From: Paraspadella gotoi
Taxonomy: Eukaryota > Animalia > Chaetognatha
Direction of reading: 5' to 3'
DNA: 64,000 nucleotides
NCBI GenBank assembly: GCA_051294375.1
Contig: CM119266.1
Span: 1,909,321-1,973,320, forward strand
Both the position numbers and the translations under genes were made by a program. Shown in pieces: positions 14,824 through 27,666 of the stretch (positions are counted from its first letter, which is position 1; each line of letters begins with the position of its first letter). The notes under the pieces were generated by a model. The model did not search any database. It was given only the letters and a program-made list of their open reading frames with translations, and was not told the origin of the DNA.

Positions 14824-15358
14824 NNNNNNNNNNNNNNNNNNNNNNNNNNNNNNNNNNNNNNNNNNNNNNNNNNNNNNNNNNNNNNNNNNNNNNNNNNNNN
14901 NNNNNNNNNNNNNNNNNNNNNNNNNNNNNNNNNNNNNNNNNNNNNNNNNNNNNNNNNNNNNNNNNNNNNNNNNNNNNNNNNNNNNNNNNNNNNNNNNNNN
15001 NNNNNNNNNNTCTCTCTCTCTCTCTCTCTCTCTCTCACTTTTTTTCAACCCCTCCGTCGGGATTGTTCATCTTCGTTTTGTTGATGCCTACTTTGTTGTC
15101 GTCGTTGTTGTTTTTGTTGTCGTTGTTATCGATGTCTTTTTTTTCACTTTTCTTCTTCACGTGAGGATTTCACTTCGCATCACTTCACGAACTCATTTGC
15201 ATAGAGTTCGAAGAGCGAGTTGTTCTTTTTTTTTATTCCCAAATAGATTTTAAAATTTTTCGTTTTCGCGATCGAAAATCGATGAGAGAGCGAACACGTG
15301 AGTCACGACTCACAAGGATTCTTTGCTAAAATTCCTTTCTTCAAATTCGTCATCTGAG

Positions 15359-15360
15359 AC

Positions 15361-15427
<67 letters not shown>
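15359..15427. repeat. (GAC)n microsatellite
   Basis: About 22 GAC units, followed by a 31-bp tandem duplication GTTATCAGAATTAGATCGACGTCATCTTAAA (about 15435-15497). Confidence 0.9.
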
Positions 15428-16258
15428 AATGTCTGTTATCAGAATTAGATCGACGTCATCTTAAAGTTATCAGAATTAGATCGACGTCATCCTTAAAGTC
15501 GTGAAGGATCGAGATTCGAAGCGACGACGCAAAATCGCTTGAACGGGAAGATTTTAAGCTTAAGTCACGACAACGTCAAAATCAACGACGACGAAACCAA
15601 GTCACAGATTACGTCACCGACCACTTTTTTTTTCACTTCTTCGACGCGACATCAGGTTTTTTCTTTATTGTCCCTCGTTCCTTCCTCATCTCCATCTCAT
15701 CCGACGACGAAAACGACGACGACCGAGAAAGCGATCGACAACGCTGCTCAGTGCTGCTGCTGCTGCTGCTCAGTGCTCACCTGTTTCAAATTACAAAAGC
15801 TTGAGAAAATACTAATTGTAAAAAAAAAACAAAAAAAAAAACCCGAATTTAACATCACGGTTTCAATTTAGCTTGCTCATTCCCGTGCTTTGAGAGCTGA
15901 ACCTCAAAGTACAAACCAAAGTTTTGTTAATATTCTTCTTTTGTTATAAAATATTCAAAAATAATATGCATCTGGTGCAGTTTTGTTATTAATGAGGCGA
16001 CTTACCTACTAGATGGAGAGATAAAAGTTAAACTCAGTTAAAGTTAAGCTCAGTTGAGAAACTTTTAACTTAAATCTTTTGAATTGTGTTTTGACTGTGT
16101 AGGACATTTTGGTCGTAACAAAGCCAATGAAAATATCTAATCTCCAGGTGCAAGTCCAATTAAAAGTATAAAGAAGAGCTACGACGACGACGACGACGAC
16201 GACGATCACGCCTTCGTCCAAAAAAACACTTTGGTTTTTCGAACCGCAAATAGCCGTC

Positions 16259-16294
<36 letters not shown>

Positions 16295-17810
16295 NNNNNN
16301 NNNNNNNNNNNNNNNNNNNNNNNNNNNNNNNNNNNNNNNNNNNNNNNNNNNNNNNNNNNNNNNNNNNNNNNNNNNNNNNNNNNNNNNNNNNNNNNNNNNN
16401 NNNNNNNNNNNNNNNNNNNNNNNNNNNNNNNNNNNNNNCCTAAGGTCAGGTCTTTGTTTTCCCCTCCGTTTTATTGACAAATATGAGTTTCACCTTTGAT
16501 GGATGAGGTTTGGTTCCGACGGTGCCGCAGAGAGGTTGGCGAGGTGAGCGTGGNNNNNNNNNNNNNNNNNNNNNNNNNNNNNNNNNNNNNNNNNNNNNNN
16601 NNNNNNNNNNNNNNNNNNNNNNNNNNNNNNNNNNNNNNNNNNNNNNNNNNNNNNNNNNNNNNNNNNNNNNNNNNNNNNNNNNNNNNNNNNNNNNNNNNNN
16701 NNNNNNNNNNNNNNNNNNNNNNNNNNNNNNNNNNNNNNNNNNNNNNNNNNNNNNNNNNNNNNNNNNNNNNNNNNNNNNNNNNNNNNNNNNNNNNNNNNNN
16801 NNNNNNNNNNNNNNNNNNNNNNNNNNNNNNNNNNNNNNNNNGAGAGAGAGGGCCATTCCGTGAAACGGCCGATAACAACGTAAAGATTCTCTCGCGTTTA
16901 GCGAATATAAACCGTTTGCGAAAAGATTGCACAGTGGGATACGGTTATGGCGAAACTCGGAAGAGACACTGTGTTTTATGGTTAAAGAGTCTAGCGAATA
17001 GACTTTTTGTATTGAAATAATCAATAATAAAAATTGATATATACTATGAAAACGTTTAACGATTTGAGGTAACGCGTCCAACTTAAATGCCGAATCTGCA
17101 AAAGCTTTAATCTATTATTGCCCCATTCATCGACTCTTTGTCTTATCGCCTCCCATTGCCTCCCATTTAATGCTTCAATGTTTTACTGCCGCTGATATTT
17201 TAGCATCAAAGGAGCGGCCATTGTTGATGGCAATCGGCGATGAAATCATTGATGACAGAAGACCCAAAAGCTTTAAAGAAACTTGGATCGATCCAGTGAT
17301 GATTATGGCATGTTTGGCTTTTTTTTTGTGGTTAGGTCTTGGGATTAAAAATATGCTTTTCTCCTCATTTTTTGCTCTGATTTTAATTTCTTTCTTTCAT
17401 TTCCTTCTTTTTTTTTTTAAAGAAATATTGTCTCATCATTGGGCCATAACTGCGTCATTATTGTACCATTGTCTATGCCACATTAAACCGCTAATAAAAA
17501 AAATATTTCTTTTTTTATACTTTATACTCTCTACTTACTAACATTTTTTCGTACAAAGTTATTTATTTTTAGTCGGATTTTTTATTATTTAGTTATTTTT
17601 CATTGGCTTTTTATATTTTTCAGACTTTAGTTTTCTTATATTAATCAAGCCCTCGATCATAAAATCGGCATTTATTTTTGGGCCATCAAAATTATTATCA
17701 ATCTTTATCACCCAATTACCACCGAGTTAAAGTTAAAGTTCTTTTGTCTCATTCTAATCTTATTTTAACTTGAATTTCTAATTACTATCTATTCTATTCT
17801 CAACTACACT

Positions 17811-18330
17811 ATAACCAATCAACCAATGACTTTAAATCAGTTTAAATTTTTAACCAATCACCGGCCTTTTCGCTTTCCCTCCCCCGATCAGACATCAAGA
17901 CTGAGTAGAGAATCGTGAGGTCGAATGGGAATCGACCTTTGACTCGGGAGCCAATCGCCTCGTTTCTCGACTTCCGGTCGCTTAATTTCATCCAATCGGA
18001 GAGCTTGAAAAATTGTTTGCGTCCCTTTGTGGATTTTACAAAGAGTTTTGATCGTAAAATTTTCGCTTTAATAATAAATTTCTGTTTCTTTTTCCTCGCA
18101 GTCTTTTAAAATTTTGGTAGGTAATTTTTTTACTATTGACTTTTTTCAACTCGACGTTTGAAAATGGCGCAGCAACTACAATGACGAGATCCTCACAAGA
18201 GATCGATTTAGCACAATAAATTCTGTAAACCGTTGAAGAGCTCACAAAGTAGATTGCGTCAATATAGTTTTGCTATACATTAGACCAATCAGAAATCTAA
18301 CTTATATTGCCTCTTTGACCAATCACATTC
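17811..18330 (+). promoter_or_regulatory. Cluster of 7 CCAAT boxes plus a YY1-like motif; candidate promoter
   Basis: CCAAT at 17815, 17823, 17854, 17951, 17992, 18285 and 18319, all on the + strand and mostly in RRCCAATSR-like context. AAAATGGCG at 18161 and a + strand GTAAGT donor at 18587. Confidence 0.55.
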
Positions 18331-18734
18331 GAAGTTTCATTTCGAAATCGTCCAGAGAGAAGGGCCGAGGCCGCCGTGGGGTCAGAAGTCAAAAAAGTCA
18401 GAAAAATCACCTAAGTCTTTCTGCTGTGTGTGTTAATGAGAAAAAAGTCTTATTAGATTCTGTTTTTTTTTTCTCTCTCTCTTTGCTTCAATTCTGTACA
18501 TTCATTATTCAAAATACATTGTAATCCAGAAGTAACTGCGTCGTAGGCTTGTAGTCTTTTAATAAGCAGCCTAACAATTTCAGAGAGTAAGTTTTCTTGA
18601 TTCGTTGTATTTCTCCTGCATTGCAATTTTCACTCCATCTTTCTTATTCGGCCTTTTTCCCCCAAAATCCCCATTTTATCGGAAATAAATTAGTTTTTAC
18701 ATTTAAAGATTAACCTAGTAGTAGGGGTTATTAT

Positions 18735-18910
18735 TATGGTTTAGGTTAGTAAAATAGGTTAGGAAATGAGTAAATGAATTATGGTTAGGGTCAGTAATTA
18801 AATTTAGGGATTAGGATTACGGACTCAGGTTTAGATTAGGGGTTATGGTTAAGAATTGTGATAGGGTTAGAGATTAGGAATATGGGTTTGGTATCAGATT
18901 AGGATTCAAG
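18735..18910 (+). repeat. Degenerate TTAGG(G)-like interstitial tract
   Basis: Repeated ttagg, ttaggg and attagg variants. Confidence 0.5.
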
Positions 18911-18975
18911 GAAAAGAGAACTAAAAGTTTTTATTCTACGCTTTCTCTCCATCCTTTGTATCAAAACTAGTTTTA

Positions 18976-19353
18976 CAGGGTAGTGATTCAAAACTTAGAA
19001 AGTCCGTATCACTTCATCTTTTTTTTATTTTGTGATGCATTGGGTGCATTTAAAGAAAAAAAATTAATTGAAGATACTTAACCAGACCTTGTTCTAACTA
19101 TTAATACAATGCGACAAGCACTGCTGCAAAAACCACTCCTGCTACAGCACCCAAAAGAATCACAGCTGATCTTCATAAACGCTTCTGAAAGATTGAGCCA
19201 CAGCTCGTAACGGTTTAGCCTACGCCATTGATATTTTGGTTGAAAGAGAAAACATCAGTGATTATTTTAGTGTATTATAAAAAGACATTCAATAACTTCT
19301 TGCCTATAAAATCTGATGGTAAATACTATTCTAAGTTTTGATTCACTACCCTG
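18976..19353. mobile_element. Non-autonomous Tc1/mariner-type MITE
   Basis: TIRs CAGGGTAGTGATTCAAAACTTAGAA / TTCTAAGTTTTGATTCACTACCCTG (1 mismatch), TA on both sides, no ORF. Confidence 0.85.
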
Positions 19354-19713
19354 TAGATAAAAATCTTGCACAAGTGAATTGAACAACTTTTTTGTATCTT
19401 TAACGAGTCAATATATTCTGACTAACATTTCCGTCATCATAATTTTAAAATTCCCTTCAAAGAAAATACAAATATAAATATGAAAAAAAAACCCTAACGT
19501 TTATTTGCAGCTACGATACAATTAGAAAGATTCAAATACTAAAAAGTAATCATATTCCCAAAAGACTTGAATGTGTCCAAAACTAATGGCGCCATTATAT
19601 TAATTCATATTTAAGCGCATAAAATATAGTTTTTTTATATATATATCAAAAATCCCATTTATATAAATATAAGTCTTGTATTTTTTAAAGCTTGGCCGGA
19701 GATTTTATGCTTT

Positions 19714-21374
19714 TCATCCTTTGATGAGACCCAATTTAAGAAGAATCTGAACAACGAGTAGAATGGCGAGGACGATGATGGCCACCTGAAATTGGAAATT
19801 GGAAATTAGTTATCATATGCGTACTTAATGGTAAAAAACGTTATAAAACTTCATATCGTTATTACTATGGTTATTTTAATATCCTTTTTGTCTCCATTGA
19901 TTTCGCTGTAAATAACTGTACAAATAGATGCCTTGAAGTTGAAACGTGTCAACTTACTCTAACCTCATTCGAAATTAGCCAATCCGGCAAAGATATTGTT
20001 TCCGAATCGAAGCGGAGAGCAATTCAAAATATATTTTGAGCTAACTCAATCGTAACTAAGCTAAAGCTCCCTCACCAGCTTACCATTGCGAAATTTCCTG
20101 CGCTAAAGAATTTCGTTCTGACAGCGACGAGGACAACCGCGATTATGATGAGGATAGCGCATAGGAACAACATTCCCAGGAACTGTAAAGATAAAATTAT
20201 ATTGACTTTATATATGAATAATATGTTTTAAAAGACTTTTGTCAATTCTAAGGTACGCTTTTTAAAAGAAATTTTTTTCTCGCGTGGGAAAGTTTTGAAA
20301 ATTGCAAATATGAAACAAGCAAGCAAGCGACTCACGATTCGTTCGTCTGAGAGCTTTCCTAAGATGAGCACGACGTAAAACACGACGCATAGAATGAGTG
20401 TGATGCATATTGCGGCCAGAACGTACTTTCCTTCGTCACTCTTGCCGAAGTAGGAATAGTCGCTGAGAGGAAAAAAGTCAGTTAAGGAGAGACGAAAAGA
20501 ATGGTAAGGCAAAGAAAAAGGAAGGAAGAAGAAAGAGAATAATAATCAAAATACGTTTTAATGGGATTATAAAAAAAAAAAGGAAAATTTTAGTTGTAAC
20601 ATGTACTTATTTTTTTTTAATGTTTAAGAGAAGTAATATATGCCGCTATATGCTATACTATCGTTTTAGTAATTTTCAACTTGAGCTGGTTGACGACGAC
20701 GGCGACGACAAAAACAACGATCGACCGTTTTTCAATAAAATCGTCAACTCGATAAAAAAATCGTGTCGGGTTTTCTACGAATTTCCACAATTATACAATT
20801 ATACAATGACGTATAAAACAAACACACGATAAGAGATAATTGATTAATGAAGTACGATTGCTGGAAAAATGCTAAAAAATTAAAGATACGGGTCAAAATG
20901 AAATCAGAAAGAAAAGTAAGAATAAAAATAGAGTTGACTAATAGAAGGTTAATGATTTCGACAAATAGATTTTTAATCTGTCAGTATTTGGATGTGGTAA
21001 GTGGCCTCACCTGCCGACGTAGCATCCGATGGCCACCGCGCTGGCCACCTGGTGTCAGGAAGATAAACTTCACTGTTCATTATTTATTATCGCGATCATT
21101 TTATTAAAACTAATATAAAAATAAATACCATTATTTATTTTCCCTTTTTTTTGGGGGGGGGGGCTAGGATCTGTTTATATTTTTTCCCATTTGTTATTTT
21201 TCAATTTGTTTTACTTTGTCTTCAGTCAAACTCATAATATTCAGATTGTGAACATTTTGAAATTTTTTATAACCCTGTCATCGAAAATTTAACTTGAATA
21301 TTTATGATTTTTTAACTTACAATGTCCAACAAGAGCAACAGTCCAGGCGTCGATTTTATGTAATTTGTATCCAT
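19714..21374 (-). CDS. MARVEL-domain four-TM protein (CMTM/plasmolipin/MAL-like), 129 aa, 5 exons
   Basis: Exons 21374-21321, 21048-21011, 20462-20336, 20182-20084, 19785-19714 with canonical GT-AG and matching phases. MDTNYIKSTPGLLLLLDIVASAVAIGCY... matches the MARVEL N-terminal Y-x-K-S-x-x-G-x-L pattern and is followed by further hydrophobic helices. Confidence 0.88.
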
Positions 21375-21538
21375 TTTGTTGTCACTAGTTTGACTCTATT
21401 TTTCTTTCTGCAATTTTTTCTAAACAAAAAATGAGAAGAATTTTTTTTTCTTCTGGTTTTAGCTTCGAGGTTAGAAAAAAAAAACTGGATAAAATTTAAA
21501 AAAACCGCGGGGACACTCCTACTTGTGTGTGTGTGTGT

Positions 21539-21607
<69 letters not shown>

Positions 21608-22489
21608 CGAGAGCTTTGTTTGAGTAAGGCCGTGGCAAAGATTGACTTGCATTCTCGTTGTTAGCTTTTCCTTATCGAGGGCCGCCGCCGCCGCCGCCGC
21701 CTCCGCCGCCGCCTACGAGGGGAAGTTTAGATAAATATTACTGTGAAACTGAAAGAAAAAAAATTGGACCAGAGTCAAGAAAACTTGATCGAAATTATTT
21801 TTGTTAAATTCCGATTTATTTTTACTGTTTCGATATAGTTTTAAAAAAATGTTTTATTTTTTTGTTTTCTGTTCCTGTTCCAATAGTTTATTTGCATTTA
21901 ACTTTTTAATTTCTTTACTGTTTACAGTTATTCTTTTGTTGCTTTATACCTTTTCTATTGCTTTATACTTTTTATATTGCCTTCTGTTTTTGTTTTATTT
22001 TCCCATGTTTTTTGTTTTTTCTGTTCCCTGCTAACCGCCTTTTTTTAAAATTGCAGGTATTAACTCTAATTCAACTAGTCATGCAACTTTTCTCAACTGC
22101 TTTTTTTTAACTTTAAAGCCATCAAAATAACAATAAAAACACTAATAGAAGCTAGTTCAAAACCCGAAAAAAAAGTTTTTTTTTTACTCCCGAAGATTTA
22201 ATCACTTTTATCTCCTGCTAAGAATCGATAGTGAAAAATTCTCGTTCGAAATTTACTCTCTCTTTTTCTTTCTTTCTTTCTATCTCTCTCTCTCTCTCNN
22301 NNNNNNNNNNNNNNNNNNNNNNNNNNNNNNNNNNNNNNNNNNNNNNNNNNNNNNNNNNNNNNNNNNNNNNNNNNNNNNNNNNNNNNNNNNNNNNNNNNNN
22401 NNNNNNNNNNNNNNNNNNNNNNNNNNNNNNNNNNNNNNNNNNNNNNNNNNNNNNNNNNNNNNNNNNNNNNNNNNNNNNNNNNNNNNNNN

Positions 22490-22526
<37 letters not shown>

Positions 22527-22603
22527 GCCCGGAAAAGGCTCTTTTGAGGAAAGCCCCTCTCCTCTTCGTCTCGTTGCGTCTTTGTGTTGATGGAGACGAA
22601 TGT

Positions 22604-22830
22604 CTCACACCCCAACGGGGACTCTGTCTCTCAGTCTCACACCCCAATGGGGACTCCGTCTCTCAGGCTAACACTCCAACGGGAACTTTGTCTCTCATGC
22701 TCACACCCTACTGGGCGTACCGGGTACGCTGCTTCTCTTTACCATCATCCCACCGGGACTACGTTTTTCTGTCCCAGTCCTCACCTGGAACTCTGTCTTT
22801 CAACTCACCGGGAACTGTCTCTCAGCTTTC
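22604..22830. repeat. Degenerate ~31-bp minisatellite
   Basis: Recurrent TCTCACACCCCAACGGGGACTCTGTCTCTCAG-like units. Confidence 0.65.
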
Positions 22831-23131
22831 ACTCCGTTGATTGCTCCTCCTGTCACCTCACTAATCACGCTGCCTCTCTTTCAACCTCACCCAATCTCTC
22901 TCTCTCTCTCTCCACTTTTCACTTTCTTTCTTTTCCTAAAAATCCTGTTTTTCTAAACCCTAACCTCTCTATCCCCTCTTTTCTCTCTATTTTCTCTCTA
23001 CCCCCTCTTTCCTCTTTATTCCTATCTCTCCCTTTCTCTTCCTTTGCCTTCTCTCTAGGCTGCCTTCATCAAAGCCACTAATGGAGAAACTTATCGTCGG
23101 AGCGCGGGATTTGATAATCAGAAAAAATTAG

Positions 23132-23169
<38 letters not shown>

Positions 23170-23412
23170 NNNNNNNNNNNNNNNNNNNNNNNNNNNNNNN
23201 NNNNNNNNNNNNNNNNNNNNNNNNNNNNNNNNNNNNNNNNNNNNNNNNNNNNNNNNNNNNNNNNNNNNNTCTCTCTCTCTCTCTCTCAGAGCTTTAGTAC
23301 TGAACAAATTATTTCTTCCAAAGGAGCCATCTGCAAAATCGTCAGGGTGTCAAAAGTTGCGAAACCAAAATGAGGAAAATGGGTTGTGGAAGGGAGCGGA
23401 GGAGGGAGTTAA

Positions 23413-24022
23413 GCGTAGTAAAATTCTTCAATTTAACTTTAATTTAAAATTCTAAAAGTGAGAACGAACAACATTATACTAATGAAAACATTTATGTAAT
23501 AAACAATTTATAATAAATTTTCCAATTTAACGCAGTAGGCCATATTTATACTAGTATAAACCAATAAATGTTTAAAATTTTCAAAACAGTTTTTTCTAAG
23601 ATTTTTTTGCAGATTTGGATTCGTTATAAAAAGCTTCGATAAAAAGAAATATAACTCTTTTTAAAAATCCTTCATTAAGGTGGCCGTCAAAATTAGAAAA
23701 AGCAGTATTTTAAGCTGAAAATTAACTTTTTATATATTAATATAGTTTTTAATTTTTAACCCACTTTAATGAAAAGAATTTTTAAAAATGATTTTATATT
23801 TTCTTTTATCAACTTTTGACGAGGATTCAAACTGCAATCAAAAAATAAGAAAAGCCTATTTGAAAATTTTCAATTTTATAAGGATAGTACTATATATAAA
23901 TATGGCCTACTGCAAAAAATTAAAAAAATAAAAATTATTTTTTTTACAAATAATGTTCACTAATGGTCATGTTGTTCATAAACTTGACTTAGAAATTTTT
24001 CGTATTTAACTTTCACTACGCC
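23413..24022. mobile_element. Old foldback MITE with long TIRs, TTAA-flanked (Kolobok-like)
   Basis: TTAA|GCGTAGT...ACTACGCC|TTAA. The ~270-bp degenerate inverted arms include the perfect GCAGTAGGCCATATTTATA / TATAAATATGGCCTACTGC. Confidence 0.7.
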
Positions 24023-25139
24023 TTAATGGGGAGTGGAAGAGACTGGGTAAGTTCTGTCGCAAGAGAGTAGAAACTGAGCATGGGGTCGGGAAGGAGATAA
24101 GATGGGAAGGCCCAATGTGAAAAGGTGGATCGTCGGAGAGTGGGAGGATAGAAAAACTTTAAAGGAAGATAGGAGTGGATCATGCGTTAAAGATAAGAAA
24201 AGTAGAAGAAGAAAATAAAAGAGATAAAAAGGAGATGATGAAATAAAAAGAAAATAGGAAAAAGGGAATCGGAAAAGGTGAAAGACCGCAGACCGAGAAT
24301 TCTTCCATTGAACTCGTTAAAAGAATCGATGTCTTTGGTTTTTTAAATTTTTTTGGGGGTCTACTTTTGCCGGTGGCGCTGTTTAAAATCGGCCTGCCTC
24401 TTGCGAACAGAAGAATTACGTTCGATTTAAAAAAAAAATTGCTGATGAAGGTTCGAATTAAAGAGCCGAAACATGTACTGTTTTATTAACAATAAAAATC
24501 GTTGTCTCTGCAATTAAAAATATTTTCTCAAAAAAAAAAAAAAAAAGAAATAAAGAGAGTAAAATAAAAGAAATAAATCTAATTCGTCAGTTGAAATCGA
24601 TGTAAACCGATTCTCGCGTAGAAAGTGAAGTCGGAGAAAAAAAAATCTTTTATTTCTTGAAATAAAAGAATTTTAAGGAAGTGGAATCGCGTAGGAAAGA
24701 AAAGAAAAAAGGAGGAAAGAAAAGAAAAAAGGAGGAAAGAAAAAAGAAAAAAAAGAAAAGAGAGGAATGCGTTCGGGGCTTTAAAAAAAGATTTTAAAAA
24801 AGAGGAGAAAAGGAAATTAAAAGACATGAGAGAAAAAAAAAGAGAAAGAGAAAAGTAAAAAAAAAAATTGTCGTCGTGAAGAAGAGAGAAAAGTTTATGA
24901 GCGAAGATGAGAGGATATTGAGAAAGAGAAAGAGAAAGAAAGGAAAGGAAAAGAAAAGGAAAAAGGACAAGAAAGGAAAAGAAAGGAAGAAAAAAAAACA
25001 CCGGAAAACAAAAAGAAAGTCGCACGAACATTAAGGAAAAAAAGAAGGGAATAAAAAGGAGAAAAAATCAAGACGTAACAGCAGATTGCTCGATGAGTGA
25101 AAAAGAGTTAAAGAGAGAGAGAGAGAGAGAAATAGAGAG

Positions 25140-25199
<60 letters not shown>

Positions 25200-26210
25200 A
25201 AACCGAAATTAGAGAGGGGTAAAAAAAACCCAGTTCGAAATTCTCTAGAGGAAGAACACTCGAATCCTCAAGATGAGAAAATTAAGACGAAAAAAGAAAA
25301 AGAAAAAAACAAGAAAAAGACAAATTGTCAGAAGAACTGCTATATTGTACCATTCATGGTAATCTCGAGTAAGTACATTCATAGCCTGAAAATGACTGAC
25401 TAAATTTTTTTATATTTATTGAATTATTGTAGAATTGTACTATCACGATCAGTGATAGTAGGTCACTGTCAGTCATAAACACTATCAGTCAGTCATTTGC
25501 CATGTACAGCCTGGCGGAGAGAAAGGACGACTGCTGTGAGGGTGTGGGAAAGAATGACGGCGAGCAGCTACACTTCCCTCCCTCTTTTAGCCCCCCTCTC
25601 CCCCCTCCCTTTAGCCCCCCTCCCTCCCCAAAAAAGCTGAGAGGGACATTTAAACATAATGTCTGAGGCCATGACTTGCAGAAAGCTAGAACGGAGCAAG
25701 CATTGACAGCATGGAGAGAAGGACAAGGAACAAGGAAAGAAAAGCTTAGTGCTAGGACATGGAGCTAAGACTCAGAGTGAGAAGCAGCGTGAGAGGAGCG
25801 AGGAGAAAGAGCAAGGGGAGAGGAGCAAGGGAACCGACGACACGAATAGTAAGGCGAATCAGAATTGTGACTTTTTATTATACAGGAGTTCTGTAGACAT
25901 TGTATTCGAATTTTCTTTTTGTTTGTTTATTTTGCTGATTAAGACTCGTAAAACAATAAGAGTCGAACATGTACGAATTATAAATTCAATTTGTTGTAAC
26001 AACGAAATTATCTTTTCTCTCTAAAGGAGTTCTGTAATATTATTTTTTTAAATTTTATATATAAAATATTAGGGAATTTTCAATACTTATAAACGTATAT
26101 ATACAATCAAAAAATTGTTTTTAAAAGTTCTTATTTATAAACACAGAATTAAAATAATAAAATAATTTAAAATAATATCTTTATGAGCCTATAAAAATCT
26201 CATACTTTTT

Positions 26211-26332
26211 ATGAAATTGGTACAACCAATATAAAAATTATCCATTCATTTAATAAATAAGCCCCTATCTTGCCCTTACTTTGGACAGGTTTTGGTGGTT
26301 TAATGCTCAGTCACTCTTACAAATAATGACAT
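26211..26332 (-). repeat. ~150-bp dispersed repeat family, copy 2 (truncated; noisy duplicate at about 31138-31275)
   Basis: Matches 8177-8300 and 35929-36040. Confidence 0.8.
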
Positions 26333-26729
26333 ATTATTTAATTTTTGTTATCTTTTGCAAAGTACATTAGCATTATTTGCATTGCAGAACCTCTTGTTCA
26401 GCCTTAATGGGCAGGTTGAAGAAAAAAGAAGAACCAAATCGAGTGGGGAGAAGAAAAATGAGGCGAAGAGAGGAAAGAAGATGAGTGGGAGGAGGAAGAG
26501 GGAGGAAGAGAAGGAGAAAAGGAGGAAAATCGGAGAGACGTCAAAGGAGAAAAAGTCGGAGAAGCAAAGAACCCGCAGTTAAAATTGTGATTGATTGATT
26601 GATTGATGGGAGAAAGCGCGAGAGAAAAAAAAATAAGTGAAAGTTTTAGGGTTTGAAGACGAGAGCAAAAAAGGCGATGAATGAATGTTAGAAAGAGAGT
26701 GAGAGAGTGAGAGAAAATGTGAATGTTAC

Positions 26730-26787
<58 letters not shown>

Positions 26788-27188
26788 AGAGAGGAGAGAG
26801 TGGAGAGAAAGAAACGATACTCCAGGGGTTCGAAAAGGAGGCGTAAATAAAAGCGAAAAAACAAATGACGACAGGTAAAGGACCTGAAAAAAAAGGGGAA
26901 ACGGAAGAAGAAGTTTTTTGAGGAGAAAGCTTTAATTTCTCTCTCCCTCTCTCCTCCTCCTCTCTCTCTCTCTTCTCTCTCTCGCTCTCTCTCTCCTCTC
27001 TCTTTCTCTCTCTCTCTCACCGGCTTTGATTTCCGGTGGGGAAGAGATGAGATTGAGAGAGCAGGAAAGGTAATGGGTGAAAGCGAGAGAGACGGGAGAG
27101 AAACGAGAGAGAGAGAGAGAGAAAAGAGACGGTATGTGAGTTTTCTCAAGCCTTTTTTTTATAAATATGGAATCAGCCTATTGAACAC

Positions 27189-27635
27189 TTAACAATAGAC
27201 GACACGGACCCATCATAGTTGATGAAGCCCAATTTGCCCTAAAAAAGGAATCATGAGGAAGAGAAAAATGAAGAGGAGATGAAAGAAAAAAATGAGGAGG
27301 AAGGAAACATTTTCCCCCCTAATTGTTCTTCTTCCCAAATGAGTTTTTATGAGGAAAATAAAAAAATCCCGTCCTTCCCTCTCTCTCTCTTATCTCTCTC
27401 TCCCTCTCTCTCTCTCTCCTCCCTCTCTCTCTCTCTCCTCCTCCTTCTTTTTCCTCTCTCCTCTCATCCTCTCTCTCTCTCTCTCCTCTCTCCCTATCCT
27501 ATCCCTTCCTCTTTTCCCCCCTCAATTCTTATCGTCCTCACGCCTTCTGCCTCTGAACTTCCCTCTCTCTCTTCTCGAAAAAAAGTAGGAACATAATCCA
27601 ACCTTCTGAGATTTTTGCTGCGCGAGAAAGGCGGC

Positions 27636-27666
<31 letters not shown>

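Noticed and set aside
18735-18910. Telomere
   Set aside because: The tract is highly degenerate and interstitial.
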